Below are positions 38,993 through 49,517 of a stretch of 64,000 bases of DNA, piece after piece. A program made the position numbers and the translations under genes. Source of the stretch: Gammaproteobacteria bacterium (GTDB lineage: Bacteria; Pseudomonadota; Gammaproteobacteria; GRL18); the NCBI GenBank assembly GCA_026994225.1, contig JALWRI010000121.1, positions 30,630-94,629 of the forward strand, written 5' to 3'. Within the stretch, counting starts at the first letter, position 1, and each line of letters opens with the position of its first letter. The notes under the pieces are model-generated. The model did no database searches. It saw nothing but the letters and a program-made list of their open reading frames with translations, and had not been told where the DNA came from.

Positions 38993-40141
38993 ATGTCTGA
39001 TTGTTTAATTATTGGTGGTGGTTTAATTGGGTTACTGACGGCTAGAGAATTGCTCAAGTCAGGATTAAGTGTAACAATTTTGGATAAAAGCCAAATGGGA
39101 ACGGAGTCATCTTGGGCTGGTGGGGGTATTCTTTCGCCTTTATACCCGTGGCGGTATGAACCCAGTATTACTGCGTTAGCACAATGGAGTCAACAGCATT
39201 ATCCAGATGTATTACGACAAATCCAACAAGAAGCAGATTATGATCCAGAATTACTTTATAGTGGTTTATTATTATTAAATTTAGGTGCAGAAGCTCAGCA
39301 AGCAAACGATTGGGCAAAGCAGTATCATTATCAATTAAAAACCATAGCAGTAGAGCATATTCAGCGATATGAAGCAGGTATTGATGAACAAATAGTACAC
39401 GATGCGTACTTAATGCCAGATATTGCACAAGTGCGTAATCCCCGATTAATGCGAGCTGTTTATGCGAGTGTAAAAAGTTTAGGTGCAAAATGTGTTACTA
39501 ATACTACAGTGCAACAGATATTAACAAAAGACAATAAAGCGATAGGGGTAGAGACCAGGCAGGGAGAATTTTTAGCTAAACATATTGTCTTGTGCAGTGG
39601 AGCATGGACGGCTGAACTATTACAAGGTTGCGTGGATATTCCCTATATTGTTCCGGTTAAAGGTGAAATGATTGTTTTTCAGGCAAAGCCTGGGATTGTT
39701 GCACATATTGCGTTATCAGATGGACATTACCTTATCCCTCGTAAAGATGGACATATTGTGGTAGGAAGCAGTATTGAATATAGCGGTTTTAAAAAGGAGA
39801 TTAGCCAAAAAACCGGTAATAAATTACGTCATTTTGCTTGTCAATTATTTCCTTTATTAGAGCATTATCCCATTGAGCGTCATTGGGCAGGATTACGTCC
39901 AGGTTCTCTTTCAGGTATCCCATATATTGGTCAACATCCACAACTTGAACAATTATATATTAATACGGGACATTATCGTAATGGAGTGGTAACAGGTTTA
40001 GCATCGTGTCGTTTATTGGCAGATATTTTATTGGAAAGAAGCCCCGTTATTGATCCTGCTCCGTATGCGCTTAACGCAGAACGTTTAGTAAAAGATAGTA
40101 GTATGATAGAACCAGAAAAACGAGCAGATTTATTATTTTGA
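38993..40141 (+). CDS. thiO: FAD-dependent oxidoreductase, glycine oxidase ThiO-like
   Basis: 'CLIIGGGLIGLLTAREL' dinucleotide fold, 'SWAGGGILSP' and 'TGHYRNGVVTG', typical of ThiO/DAO. Confidence 0.6.
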   Translation: MSDCLIIGGGLIGLLTARELLKSGLSVTILDKSQMGTESSWAGGGILSPLYPWRYEPSITALAQWSQQHYPDVLRQIQQEADYDPELLYSGLLLLNLGAEAQQANDWAKQYHYQLKTIAVEHIQRYEAGIDEQIVHDAYLMPDIAQVRNPRLMRAVYASVKSLGAKCVTNTTVQQILTKDNKAIGVETRQGEFLAKHIVLCSGAWTAELLQGCVDIPYIVPVKGEMIVFQAKPGIVAHIALSDGHYLIPRKDGHIVVGSSIEYSGFKKEISQKTGNKLRHFACQLFPLLEHYPIERHWAGLRPGSLSGIPYIGQHPQLEQLYINTGHYRNGVVTGLASCRLLADILLERSPVIDPAPYALNAERLVKDSSMIEPEKRADLLF

Positions 40142-40210
40142 CTTAAATAATATTTAGGTCATCAGGGTGTCATACATAGATAAAAATAAAGACAAAACAG
40201 GATTATCATT

Positions 40211-42979
40211 ATGAGTAAATATATTTATGCTTTTGCAGAAGGGGATGGAAAAAATAAACAATTATTAGGAGGAAAAGGCGCAAATTTATGTGAAATGACA
40301 CAATTTGGTTTAAATGTTCCTCCTGGTTTTGTTATCACTACAGAGGCTTGTCTCGATTATCTAAAAAATCCACAACAACCTTTGGCAAAGAGCTTATTAC
40401 AAGAATTAAAAGCACATATTAGTGAGATGGAAAAAGCAAGCAAAAAAGGGTTTGGGTCAGCAGATAATCCGTTATTAGTTTCGGTACGTTCGGGTTCAGC
40501 AATGTCTATGCCCGGTATGATGGATACTATTTTAAATCTGGGCTTAAATGAACAAACCTTACAAGGGCTGATACAGCAAACACATAACGAGCGTTTTGCT
40601 TATGATGCATATCGCCGATTTATCCAGTTATTTGGTAAAGTGGCATTGGGTATCGAAGATAAAAAATTTGATGAACCCTTTGAAGTATTTAAAAAACAAG
40701 TAGGTGCTAAAGTCGATTTGGCATTAAGTGCTTACCATTTAAAAGAGATCAGTCAATTATTTTTACAAGTGGTAAAAGAAAATACCGGACAAGCTTTTCC
40801 GCAAGATGTATTTGAACAACTGGATTTAGCCATTAAGGCAGTATTTCGTTCCTGGTTAGGAAAACGAGCAGTAGATTACCGTAGAGAGTTTAATATTACT
40901 CCAGACATGGCAAAAGGTACTGCAGTCAATATTGTAACAATGGTATTTGGTAATATGGGTAATGATAGTGCTACTGGGGTCGGTTTTACTCGTAATCCAG
41001 GAACAGGAGAAAATCAGCTATATGGTGAATATTTGGTGAATGCACAAGGAGAAGATGTCGTTGCCGGTATTCGTACCCCCCGCCCTGTCCATGAGCTAGC
41101 AGCAGATATGCCAGAAATGTATGCGCAATTACTGGAATTGCGTGAAAAGCTGGAAAAACATTATGCGGAAGTGCAAGATTTTGAATATACCATTGAAAAA
41201 GGGGACTTGTATTGTCTGCAAACTCGCAATGGTAAAATGAATGCAACGGCAACAGTACGCACTTCGGTAGAAATGTTTGAAGAGGGTTTGATTAGCAAAG
41301 AACAAGCATTATTACGCATTCAACCAGATACTTTAGAGCAGTTATTACATCCTCGCCTGGATCCAGAAGAAAAAGCAAAAAGTGATGCCTTAACAAAAGG
41401 TTTACCGGCATCACCTGGGGCTGCATCAGGTGAGATAGTGTTTGATGCAGATAGAGCAGAATATCTGGCAAAAACAGGTAAAAAGGTAATTTTAGTACGA
41501 GAAGAAACAAAACCAGAAGATATTCATGGTTTCTTTGCCGCACAAGGTATTTTAACCAGTCGTGGTGGTAAAACGTCACATGCTGCGGTGGTTGCAAGGG
41601 GAATGGGTAAACCATGTGTTGCTGGTGCAGAAGGGATCAGTATTGATGATAAGGCAGGTATCGCTAAAATGGGAGGAAAGGTACTTCATGAATCAGATAT
41701 TATTACCATAGATGGGGCAACCGGAGAAGTATTTAGTGGAGCAATGAAGACCTTACCCGCTACCTTTTCAGATGAATTAAAAAAATTATTGGTATGGGCA
41801 GATGAAACAGCACATTTACAAGTGATGGCAAATACTGATACACCAGAAGCTGCACAAAAAGCACTAGAATATGGAGCAAAAGGCATTGGCTTGTGCCGTA
41901 CAGAAAGAATGTTTAATGCTCAAGATCGCTTACCCTTAGTGATTGAAATGATTTTAGCTGATACGACTGAAGCAAGACAACATGCTTTAGATAAATTATT
42001 ACCCATACAACGTCAAGATTTTGAAGCATTGTTTACAGCGATGTCACCACATCCGGTTACTATTCGTTTACTCGATCCCCCTATCCATGAATTTTTACCT
42101 AGTGAACGACAATTAGAAACTGATTTAGAACATATGCGGCAATTATTGAATACTGTAGGGGGGGTGTCAGAAATGGTCAATTCCATTCGTTTATTACACC
42201 CTAATAAAGTCAATGATTTTAATAATTTACCTATACCTTTTAATGGACAAGGTAAAGACTTGTTAAATGAAATGATAGAAAAGAAAGAAGAAATGTTACA
42301 AAAGGTAAGGGAGTTATATGAAGTTAATCCTATGTTGGGACATCGTGGTGTACGTTTAGGTATTACTTATCCTGAAATTTATGTAATGCAAATTCGAGCC
42401 GTGTTAGAAGCCGCTGCAAAATGTCAACAGCAAGGTATTCAGATCAAGCCACAGATTATGGTACCACAAGTATGTACGGTACAAGAATTGAGTTATGTAA
42501 AACAATATGTCAATAAGATATTACAACAAGTCGAGGCTGATTTTAATTGTCAGGTACATTTTCAGTTTGGTTCTATGATTGAAGTTGTAAGAGCATGTAT
42601 GCGTGCAGAACAACTTGCAGAAGTCGCAGAGTTTTTCTCGTTTGGTACAAATGATCTCAGTCAAGCCACTTTTTCCTTTTCTCGGGAAGATGCTGAAAAT
42701 AAATTTTTACCGCTATATAATGAAACTGAAATATTAACCGATAATCCTTTTGAAGTATTGGATACAAAAGGGGTTGGAAAGTTAATGGAGATTACGGTAG
42801 AGTGGGGGAGAAAGGCAAAACCTGATTTAAAAGTAGGTATTTGCGGAGAGCAAGGTGGTCATCCTGCATCCATTGCTTTTTGTCATAATATTGGACTCGA
42901 TTATGTATCCTGTTCGCCTTTACGTATACCCGTAGCTCGTTTAGCCGCTGCACAAGCAAAATTATTAGAAAAGCATTAA
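40211..42979 (+). CDS. ppdK: Pyruvate, phosphate dikinase
   Basis: 922 aa. 'GGKGANLCEM', phospho-His region 'GGKTSHAAVVARGMGKPCV' and a PEP-utilising C-terminus with 'GICGEQGG'. Confidence 0.95.
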   Translation: MSKYIYAFAEGDGKNKQLLGGKGANLCEMTQFGLNVPPGFVITTEACLDYLKNPQQPLAKSLLQELKAHISEMEKASKKGFGSADNPLLVSVRSGSAMSMPGMMDTILNLGLNEQTLQGLIQQTHNERFAYDAYRRFIQLFGKVALGIEDKKFDEPFEVFKKQVGAKVDLALSAYHLKEISQLFLQVVKENTGQAFPQDVFEQLDLAIKAVFRSWLGKRAVDYRREFNITPDMAKGTAVNIVTMVFGNMGNDSATGVGFTRNPGTGENQLYGEYLVNAQGEDVVAGIRTPRPVHELAADMPEMYAQLLELREKLEKHYAEVQDFEYTIEKGDLYCLQTRNGKMNATATVRTSVEMFEEGLISKEQALLRIQPDTLEQLLHPRLDPEEKAKSDALTKGLPASPGAASGEIVFDADRAEYLAKTGKKVILVREETKPEDIHGFFAAQGILTSRGGKTSHAAVVARGMGKPCVAGAEGISIDDKAGIAKMGGKVLHESDIITIDGATGEVFSGAMKTLPATFSDELKKLLVWADETAHLQVMANTDTPEAAQKALEYGAKGIGLCRTERMFNAQDRLPLVIEMILADTTEARQHALDKLLPIQRQDFEALFTAMSPHPVTIRLLDPPIHEFLPSERQLETDLEHMRQLLNTVGGVSEMVNSIRLLHPNKVNDFNNLPIPFNGQGKDLLNEMIEKKEEMLQKVRELYEVNPMLGHRGVRLGITYPEIYVMQIRAVLEAAAKCQQQGIQIKPQIMVPQVCTVQELSYVKQYVNKILQQVEADFNCQVHFQFGSMIEVVRACMRAEQLAEVAEFFSFGTNDLSQATFSFSREDAENKFLPLYNETEILTDNPFEVLDTKGVGKLMEITVEWGRKAKPDLKVGICGEQGGHPASIAFCHNIGLDYVSCSPLRIPVARLAAAQAKLLEKH

Positions 42980-43006
42980 TCTGTACATAAAGAAAAAGGA
43001 TTTTCT

Positions 43007-45931
43007 TTATGCAGAATATTGTAATTTTTGTATCACTGTGGTGTGTTCATCTTCATTAACCAGATATGGCTGAGGTCTACCTATATGATAGCCCTGTGCA
43101 TAATCGACACCTAAAGTCGTGAGGATTTCAAGAATTTCCTGATTTTCTACAAATTCAGCAATGGTCTTTTTACCTAATCCATGTGCTATTTCATTCATAG
43201 CTTTTACAAATAATTGATCAAATTGGCTTTGGTGAAGGTTTTTAATAAATAGCCCATCAATTTTGACATAATCAACAGGAAGTTGTTTTAGATAAATAAA
43301 AGAAGAAAATCCGACACCAAAGTCATCCAGAGCAAAACGACATCCTATACTTTTTAGTTGACTCATTAATTGTTCAGCCTTACTAATATCAGATACAGCA
43401 ACCGTTTCAGTTAACTCAAAAATAATATATTGGGTATTAATATTATATTCTGCAAGTTGTGCTTTAATATAATCACTGATATTTTGATCATCAATGGCTT
43501 TCCCGGATAAATTGACAGATAAATGAATAGGGTGATTGTTTTGTTTTTGAAAATTACTTAACGCCTGTATTGATTTTTTAATCACTAATTTATCAATTTC
43601 TTGAATAAGCCCTAAGTGTTCAGCCTCAGGAATAAATTGTCCAGGCAATAAAATATTTTGATTGACATCTAGCATACGTAAAAGTGTTTCATAGTGAGTA
43701 ATACGTGAGGTGTTAATGGAATAAATAGGTTGGTAATAGAGGACAAAACTTTCATTTTCCAACGCATATTCTATGCGCTGTTTGCTGTTCATTAATTGAT
43801 GAATTTTTTGGCGTGAATGGATGGTATTAGAAAATAAGGTGTAAGTGCCTCGTTGTCGTTCTTTGGTTTTATACATGGCAATATCGGCATTTGCCAATAA
43901 ATCAGAGATATTGTCTCCATTATCAGGATATATAACAATACCAATACTGACGCTGATTTTGTGTGTTCCACCTAAAGAGGGAGAATGAATACTGCGAACC
44001 GTATTATTGATACGTTCTGCAATGTTGCAGGCAATGGATTCATTAATATCAGGTAAGATAACACAAAATTCATCACCGCCTAATCGAGCGATAATATCGT
44101 TTTGTTTTAATGTAATACGCAATTTATCTGCGATCATTTGTAACAGTCTATCTCCTGCTTGATGACCTAAGCTATCATTAACAAACTTGAAATAATCAAT
44201 ATCAAAATAGAATAAAGCACCGCCTGTTCCATTAGTTTGTGCTACTTTAAGTGCTTTTTCCATTTCCTGATGAAAACGCCGTCGATTGAATAATTTAGTG
44301 AGAGCATCATGATCTGCAACCCAGGAAAGTTGTTCTTCAATAATTTTACGTTCTGTAATATCTATACCAATGGACATCATAACAGAATGATCCATACCCT
44401 CTATAGATAATTTGGAATGATACCAGGAAAGGGTATGATGGGTTTTATCACCATGTAATATCTGTGATTCATGTTGAAAATGGTGTAATTTGCCCTGACG
44501 AATTAATTGTAATTGTTGAGAAATATGATCATCTATAGCATCAAAGGGGAATAAGAGGGATTCAAAAGAGAGATTACTTTGATCGGTGTTAACATTGAAC
44601 AGCTTTTTACCTTTGTCATTGATCATTAATATCTGACCATCTTGGTTTTGCGTTAAAATAATCGCATCGGAGGTATTGATTAATCCCTTAACAAAATCTC
44701 TTTCCTGCATTAAGGCTTGACTGTTTTGTAGTAATTCTTGAGTTTTTGCTTTGACTTGTGCTTGTAAATCTTCGAGCTGATACGATAATGCAATAGTCGA
44801 TTCTTGTAATACGGAGACTTCATTTTTTAACCCTGTTTTATGTACAGGAGAGGATAAACGATGCCGTATTTGTTTAAATTGATTATCTGGAAATAAACAC
44901 AGTACCGAAGAGATGCGAGATAATTGTAAAAAAGGTTTTTGTAATATTAAAAATAATAATAGTATCATGATAAATAAGCTACTAATTGCAGTGATGATCA
45001 TTTTGTTATTATGTTGTATTAAGCTGTTTTTTTCATTCGTAATATCATTGACAATCAATAGCCAGGAATTATGAGCTTGTTTGCTATCTCCTCCTATTGG
45101 TAATACTGATAACTCGAACCAGTGTTGTTGATATTGATAAAGTTGTGGACTTTGTATTACTTTATGGAGAGAAGTATTGTTAATAATAGATGTTAACAAG
45201 GCTTGTTTCTCTTTTAGATGAGAAAAAGCGTGTAAATGAATATTCCAGGGATGAATAAGTGGGCTTTTTGCAGTATGTTGATGGGTTGGCATTTTTAGGT
45301 TGTGAATAGAAAAAATACCTACTTCAGCATGATTAATACGATGAAAATTAATAAGTAGTTCAGCAATAGAATTAGCTAGCAATAAGACATGTACCTCTCC
45401 AGAAGCAGTGAGTACTGGTACGGCAGAATAAATAGTACATTCTTGGTGGCAATCTAATAATGATTGAGGAGAATAATCATTAAAAGTTTTGGTGATAATT
45501 TTTTGAATAGCCGGATCTAAATCGTGACCATTCCAACGAAATACGACTGTTTCCGGGGCAGTAAAATACCAGGCGCTGTCTAAACCATATTCCAGATTGA
45601 GTAATGGAGCATGTTCTTCAAAAATTAGGGGTATAGAGGTGCTGTTGTCAAAAGTATGAGGGGTACTATGTACCGTAAGATTAGGGATGATATAAGCGAG
45701 TTGATTTAAACGTTGAAAGGCATCAGCCATGACACTGTTTAAATTATACCGGTAATTGGCTTGCACAGTTTGACGTTCACGTAAAAATTGCTCATTCGTA
45801 TAGTGGGTAGCTGTTTTCCAGAATATAAAACTGGTTAGTATGAGTAATGCACTGACAGAGCAGACCACTTGCCATTTAAGACTAAAATAGAAAGGTGAGC
45901 GAGAAGTAAGTAATGATCGCATAATACTCAA
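43007..45931 (-). CDS. Membrane sensor protein: periplasmic domain-TM-coiled coil-PAS-GGDEF-EAL
   Basis: 974 aa. 'RLGGDEFCVIL', 'YYQPIY...ETLLR', 'FELTET' and 'DDFGVGFSS'. Confidence 0.9.
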   Translation of the reverse strand: MSIMRSLLTSRSPFYFSLKWQVVCSVSALLILTSFIFWKTATHYTNEQFLRERQTVQANYRYNLNSVMADAFQRLNQLAYIIPNLTVHSTPHTFDNSTSIPLIFEEHAPLLNLEYGLDSAWYFTAPETVVFRWNGHDLDPAIQKIITKTFNDYSPQSLLDCHQECTIYSAVPVLTASGEVHVLLLANSIAELLINFHRINHAEVGIFSIHNLKMPTHQHTAKSPLIHPWNIHLHAFSHLKEKQALLTSIINNTSLHKVIQSPQLYQYQQHWFELSVLPIGGDSKQAHNSWLLIVNDITNEKNSLIQHNNKMIITAISSLFIMILLLFLILQKPFLQLSRISSVLCLFPDNQFKQIRHRLSSPVHKTGLKNEVSVLQESTIALSYQLEDLQAQVKAKTQELLQNSQALMQERDFVKGLINTSDAIILTQNQDGQILMINDKGKKLFNVNTDQSNLSFESLLFPFDAIDDHISQQLQLIRQGKLHHFQHESQILHGDKTHHTLSWYHSKLSIEGMDHSVMMSIGIDITERKIIEEQLSWVADHDALTKLFNRRRFHQEMEKALKVAQTNGTGGALFYFDIDYFKFVNDSLGHQAGDRLLQMIADKLRITLKQNDIIARLGGDEFCVILPDINESIACNIAERINNTVRSIHSPSLGGTHKISVSIGIVIYPDNGDNISDLLANADIAMYKTKERQRGTYTLFSNTIHSRQKIHQLMNSKQRIEYALENESFVLYYQPIYSINTSRITHYETLLRMLDVNQNILLPGQFIPEAEHLGLIQEIDKLVIKKSIQALSNFQKQNNHPIHLSVNLSGKAIDDQNISDYIKAQLAEYNINTQYIIFELTETVAVSDISKAEQLMSQLKSIGCRFALDDFGVGFSSFIYLKQLPVDYVKIDGLFIKNLHQSQFDQLFVKAMNEIAHGLGKKTIAEFVENQEILEILTTLGVDYAQGYHIGRPQPYLVNEDEHTTVIQKLQYSA

Positions 45932-47146
45932 TTAAAATTGCCAAAATAAAGAAAGTGCTATCATATCCCAAAATTTATCTCGATGATATTGATCAGGATT
46001 TTCTATATCAGATAACCAGGAAGTACCCTCAATGTTATGGTATTCAACTTTAACTTGAAAATCGGGCAATATTTCCCAATTAACGCCTAGTGTCCAATCA
46101 CGGGAATAACGCAGATGTTGGGGAAATCCTGTTTGTAAACTAAATTGTTTGCCATCTTTATCGGGACGATCAAATTGATAGGTATCATACCGTACTAATA
46201 GTGAGACAGAGGAAGTAATATCCCGTATTGCTTGTAAATACCAACCATATCCTTCAGATTTATTAGAACTGAAAAAGCGAGGATTAAAGTCATTATAATC
46301 GAGACTGAGTGTTAAATACTCACTAGTGAAATGCCACTGCGGTAAATTATATTCAATAGAGGCAATGTATAATGCTAAATCTATATTACCTTGTTGCAAC
46401 GGATCAGCATTGCTAGTGCGATAACGTAACTTACCAGGAAAGGCACTTAAAGCAAAACGCATTCTTCCGCCATCATGTTCATATAAAATGCGTCCTACGC
46501 TGTGTAAGCCATCAGGCTCTAGATCACCTGCTCTATTATCAGCTAAAAACGCATATTCTACGGATTCATCTAAAAGAAATTTAGACGTACCAGTACCTAA
46601 TTCAATTTGTAAATTTCCCGTGCTGAGAAAAGAATTATGGTAAAGCATAATACCATCAGTAGATAATTGTGCATTACGTACCCTATCAAAATAAATAGAT
46701 TGAGGTAAAAAGATAGAAGGGCGGGTCATTGGTACATCACGAGTGAGATTATAAAAACCCAAAGGATTTTTATATCGTCCTATACGTATTCCTGTATTGC
46801 TGTTTTCAGAGGTATTGGCTGTTATATCCGCTAATCCATAATCAAAATGGAAGTGATTGCCTGCATCGAGATCACCGGCATTACGAAATAATACTTGTCC
46901 TGCAAAACGTAGACTATCATTTTTTTGCCATGAAGTATTAATACCTATTTCAGTAAATTCAGCACTAATATGATCTGCTTTTCCTCCATAAAAGGTATTG
47001 CCTGTGGTGGTAACAAGTCCTTGACCTAAAAAACCATGCAGCGATATATTTTCACTTAATTCCAAAGCATGAACAGCGTAATGAGGAACTAATAATATAT
47101 AGATGGGTAATAAGTAAAAAAATATAATAGAATTAAGTTTTCTCAT
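45932..47146 (-). CDS. Outer-membrane beta-barrel (porin-like) protein
   Basis: Signal peptide, alternating strand pattern and terminal 'SLFWQF'. Abuts the GGDEF/EAL gene with no gap. Confidence 0.65.
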   Translation of the reverse strand: MRKLNSIIFFYLLPIYILLVPHYAVHALELSENISLHGFLGQGLVTTTGNTFYGGKADHISAEFTEIGINTSWQKNDSLRFAGQVLFRNAGDLDAGNHFHFDYGLADITANTSENSNTGIRIGRYKNPLGFYNLTRDVPMTRPSIFLPQSIYFDRVRNAQLSTDGIMLYHNSFLSTGNLQIELGTGTSKFLLDESVEYAFLADNRAGDLEPDGLHSVGRILYEHDGGRMRFALSAFPGKLRYRTSNADPLQQGNIDLALYIASIEYNLPQWHFTSEYLTLSLDYNDFNPRFFSSNKSEGYGWYLQAIRDITSSVSLLVRYDTYQFDRPDKDGKQFSLQTGFPQHLRYSRDWTLGVNWEILPDFQVKVEYHNIEGTSWLSDIENPDQYHRDKFWDMIALSLFWQF

Positions 47147-47613
47147 TAATTGACCCTATTTTGAATAGACAATATTTTTACATTAGGCATATCAGTGCGT
47201 ATTTTAGGGATATAACCTATTGCACCAGGTGTGGTACTGACTTTTAACAGCATTTCTTGTATCGTTAATACTTTGTGAGGGCTATCCCCCGTACCTGAAT
47301 ATACGTTTCTGTTCCAGGCTTTTTTTAGTTGATAAGGCAAGAGTTTAAGTATTTGTGTGCTAAAAAGAGTATTAATTTTTTTATTCTCGGTAGTAGATTT
47401 AAATACATAGACGGCTATTTTTGCACCGTCATTCCAGTGTGTTTTGCGCATAGAAAAGATAGCACGGATAATATTCAAAGGTAGTGCTTCCTCTTGTATG
47501 GAAGTGTTTACAATGATAACACTTTGACCATAGCCAGAGGATGAATACGTTATACTTAGCAGTAAAAGCAAACAGATGAGTACAAAGGTATATGTAGATT
47601 GAAGATTTAACAT
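47146..47613 (-). CDS. Small periplasmic PstS/PBP-like (phosphate-binding-protein-like) domain protein
   Basis: 155 aa with a signal peptide. 'IIRAIFSMRKTHWNDGAKIAVYV' and 'TPGAIGYI' resemble PstS-family motifs. The stop overlaps the porin start by 1 nt. Confidence 0.6.
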   Translation of the reverse strand: MLNLQSTYTFVLICLLLLLSITYSSSGYGQSVIIVNTSIQEEALPLNIIRAIFSMRKTHWNDGAKIAVYVFKSTTENKKINTLFSTQILKLLPYQLKKAWNRNVYSGTGDSPHKVLTIQEMLLKVSTTPGAIGYIPKIRTDMPNVKILSIQNRVN

Positions 47614-47831
47614 AACATATTATATCGTAAAGGTATAAGTTAAAGCAGATATCGATGCTTATCATATCCAGTGACAGGGTATTATAAAACATAAATTACT
47701 ATTTTAGTATACATGGATATACCTATATATGTAATTATTTTATACTAGTTTTAGCCAAGAAAAGAGGAAAATAAATTTTCTGATGGTATATAATACTCAC
47801 CCCATTTAATTACATTTAGATAGTTAGTTGT

Positions 47832-49508
47832 ATGGAAATAACGGTTAGTGATTTTATTGTTAAGTATATGGAGCATTTAGGTATTCAACATATTTTTGGT
47901 ATGCCTGGCGCACATATTTTGCCTGTTTATGATAGTTTGTACCATTCCTCTATACAAACTGTCTTAGCTAAACACGAGCAAGGAGCCGCCTTTATGGCTT
48001 GTGGGTATGTACGAGCAAGTGAACAGATTGCAGCGTGTATTACTACCGCAGGCCCGGGAGCAACTAACCTGATTACGGGTATTGCTAATGCCTATGTAGA
48101 TAAACAAGCCATTTTAATTATTACTGGAGAAACCCCTACCTATATTTTTGGTAAGGGCGGATTACAAGAAAGTTCGGGAGAAGGGGGAAATATTGAACAA
48201 GTGGCTCTATTTCAAAGTATTACCCGTTATTGTCGCTTAATAGAACGTACTGATTATTTGCTGAATGTGTTACAAAGAGCAGCTAAAATACTTTTATCTG
48301 ATAATTCAGGACCTGTATTATTAAGTTTTCCCTTTAATATTCAAAAAGAATATATAGACGATACCTTATTAGAGCAAATTCGTTTCCAAAGACAAGAAAA
48401 ATGCACCGCTGCACAACAAGGACACACTCAATCCTTGTTACAAGCTATCGTTAATGCTAATAATGCCTTGATTATTGCAGGCTATGGCTGTATACGTGCC
48501 AATGCACAACAAGAGGTGAAAACCTTAAGTGAATGTTTACAGATACCAGTTAGTAGTAGTTTAAAAGCAAAAGGGGTTGTAGATGAAAATTCCCCTTTAG
48601 CATTAGGCAGCATTGGGGTAACCTCTTATAGTAAAGCCTATCAGTATTTATTAAATGAAGTAGATACCGTGATAATATTAGGTGCTGGGTTTAATGAACG
48701 CACCAGTTATGTATGGAAAAAAGAATTGCTAGCAAATAAAACAGTTATCCAAATTGATCACGATGCAGAACAATTAGAAAAAGTCTTTGTTGCAGATTTA
48801 GCCATACAAGGTGATATTAAACATATTTTAACTGAGGTGTTGATTGAGTTAGATAGTTATATATTACAATATGATAAATTGCCAAAAGCATCCCATAGCT
48901 GGAATAATAGCAGTTCAAATTACTATATATTACAAGCACAATTTCCTTTAGTGGAGGCATTTTTTCAACAACTTGCTGATGTGTTTCCACAGGATTTAAT
49001 GGTTTTTGATGATAATATTATTTTTTCTCAAAATTTCTTTGTTGTATCAGCGGATAACCATTTTTATCCCAATGCCGGTATTTCTTCACTTGGACATGCT
49101 ATTCCAGCAGCGATTGGAGCAGGATTTATACATAATAAAAAACAAGCGATAGCCATCTTGGGGGATGGGGGCTTTCAAATGTGTTGTATGGAGATCATGA
49201 CCGCAGTGAATTATGCCATTCCATTGGTAGTGGTGATGTTTAATAATGCTACAATGGGACTAATTAGAAAAAATCAGACACAGCAATACGATAAACGCTT
49301 TATTGATTGTGATTTTATTAATCCAGATTATGCAACATTAGCAAAGGCATTTGGGATGGATTATGTTGCAGTAAAAGAAGATGCAGATTTAGATAAAGTG
49401 TTTTATGGTTTGCAATCTTTAGCGCAAAATAAAACGAATACCAAGCAGATATTGATTGATTTTAAGGTGGATAAAGATAGTTTTCCTGGTTATTTTTCCA
49501 GAAGGTAA
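47832..49508 (+). CDS. Thiamine-diphosphate-dependent enzyme, acetolactate-synthase-like
   Basis: 'FGMPGAHILPVYD', 'TAGPGATNL' and 'GDGGFQM...N' ThDP motifs. Confidence 0.8.
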   Translation: MEITVSDFIVKYMEHLGIQHIFGMPGAHILPVYDSLYHSSIQTVLAKHEQGAAFMACGYVRASEQIAACITTAGPGATNLITGIANAYVDKQAILIITGETPTYIFGKGGLQESSGEGGNIEQVALFQSITRYCRLIERTDYLLNVLQRAAKILLSDNSGPVLLSFPFNIQKEYIDDTLLEQIRFQRQEKCTAAQQGHTQSLLQAIVNANNALIIAGYGCIRANAQQEVKTLSECLQIPVSSSLKAKGVVDENSPLALGSIGVTSYSKAYQYLLNEVDTVIILGAGFNERTSYVWKKELLANKTVIQIDHDAEQLEKVFVADLAIQGDIKHILTEVLIELDSYILQYDKLPKASHSWNNSSSNYYILQAQFPLVEAFFQQLADVFPQDLMVFDDNIIFSQNFFVVSADNHFYPNAGISSLGHAIPAAIGAGFIHNKKQAIAILGDGGFQMCCMEIMTAVNYAIPLVVVMFNNATMGLIRKNQTQQYDKRFIDCDFINPDYATLAKAFGMDYVAVKEDADLDKVFYGLQSLAQNKTNTKQILIDFKVDKDSFPGYFSRR

Positions 49509-49517
49509 ACACGTTTT

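Noticed and set aside
39541-39560. 'GTAGAGACCAGGCAGGG' in the thiO-like gene, resembling the left arm of the RAYT palindrome
   Set aside because: It matches only the half-arm and has no inverted partner. It encodes the conserved 'GVETRQGEF' segment of the oxidase, so the match is coincidental.
42989-43008. AAAGAAAA-agga-TTTTCTTT hairpin between the convergent ppdK and GGDEF/EAL genes as a bidirectional terminator
   Set aside because: The stem is almost entirely A-T with a single G-C pair and overlaps the stop codon of the minus-strand gene. That is too weak to call.
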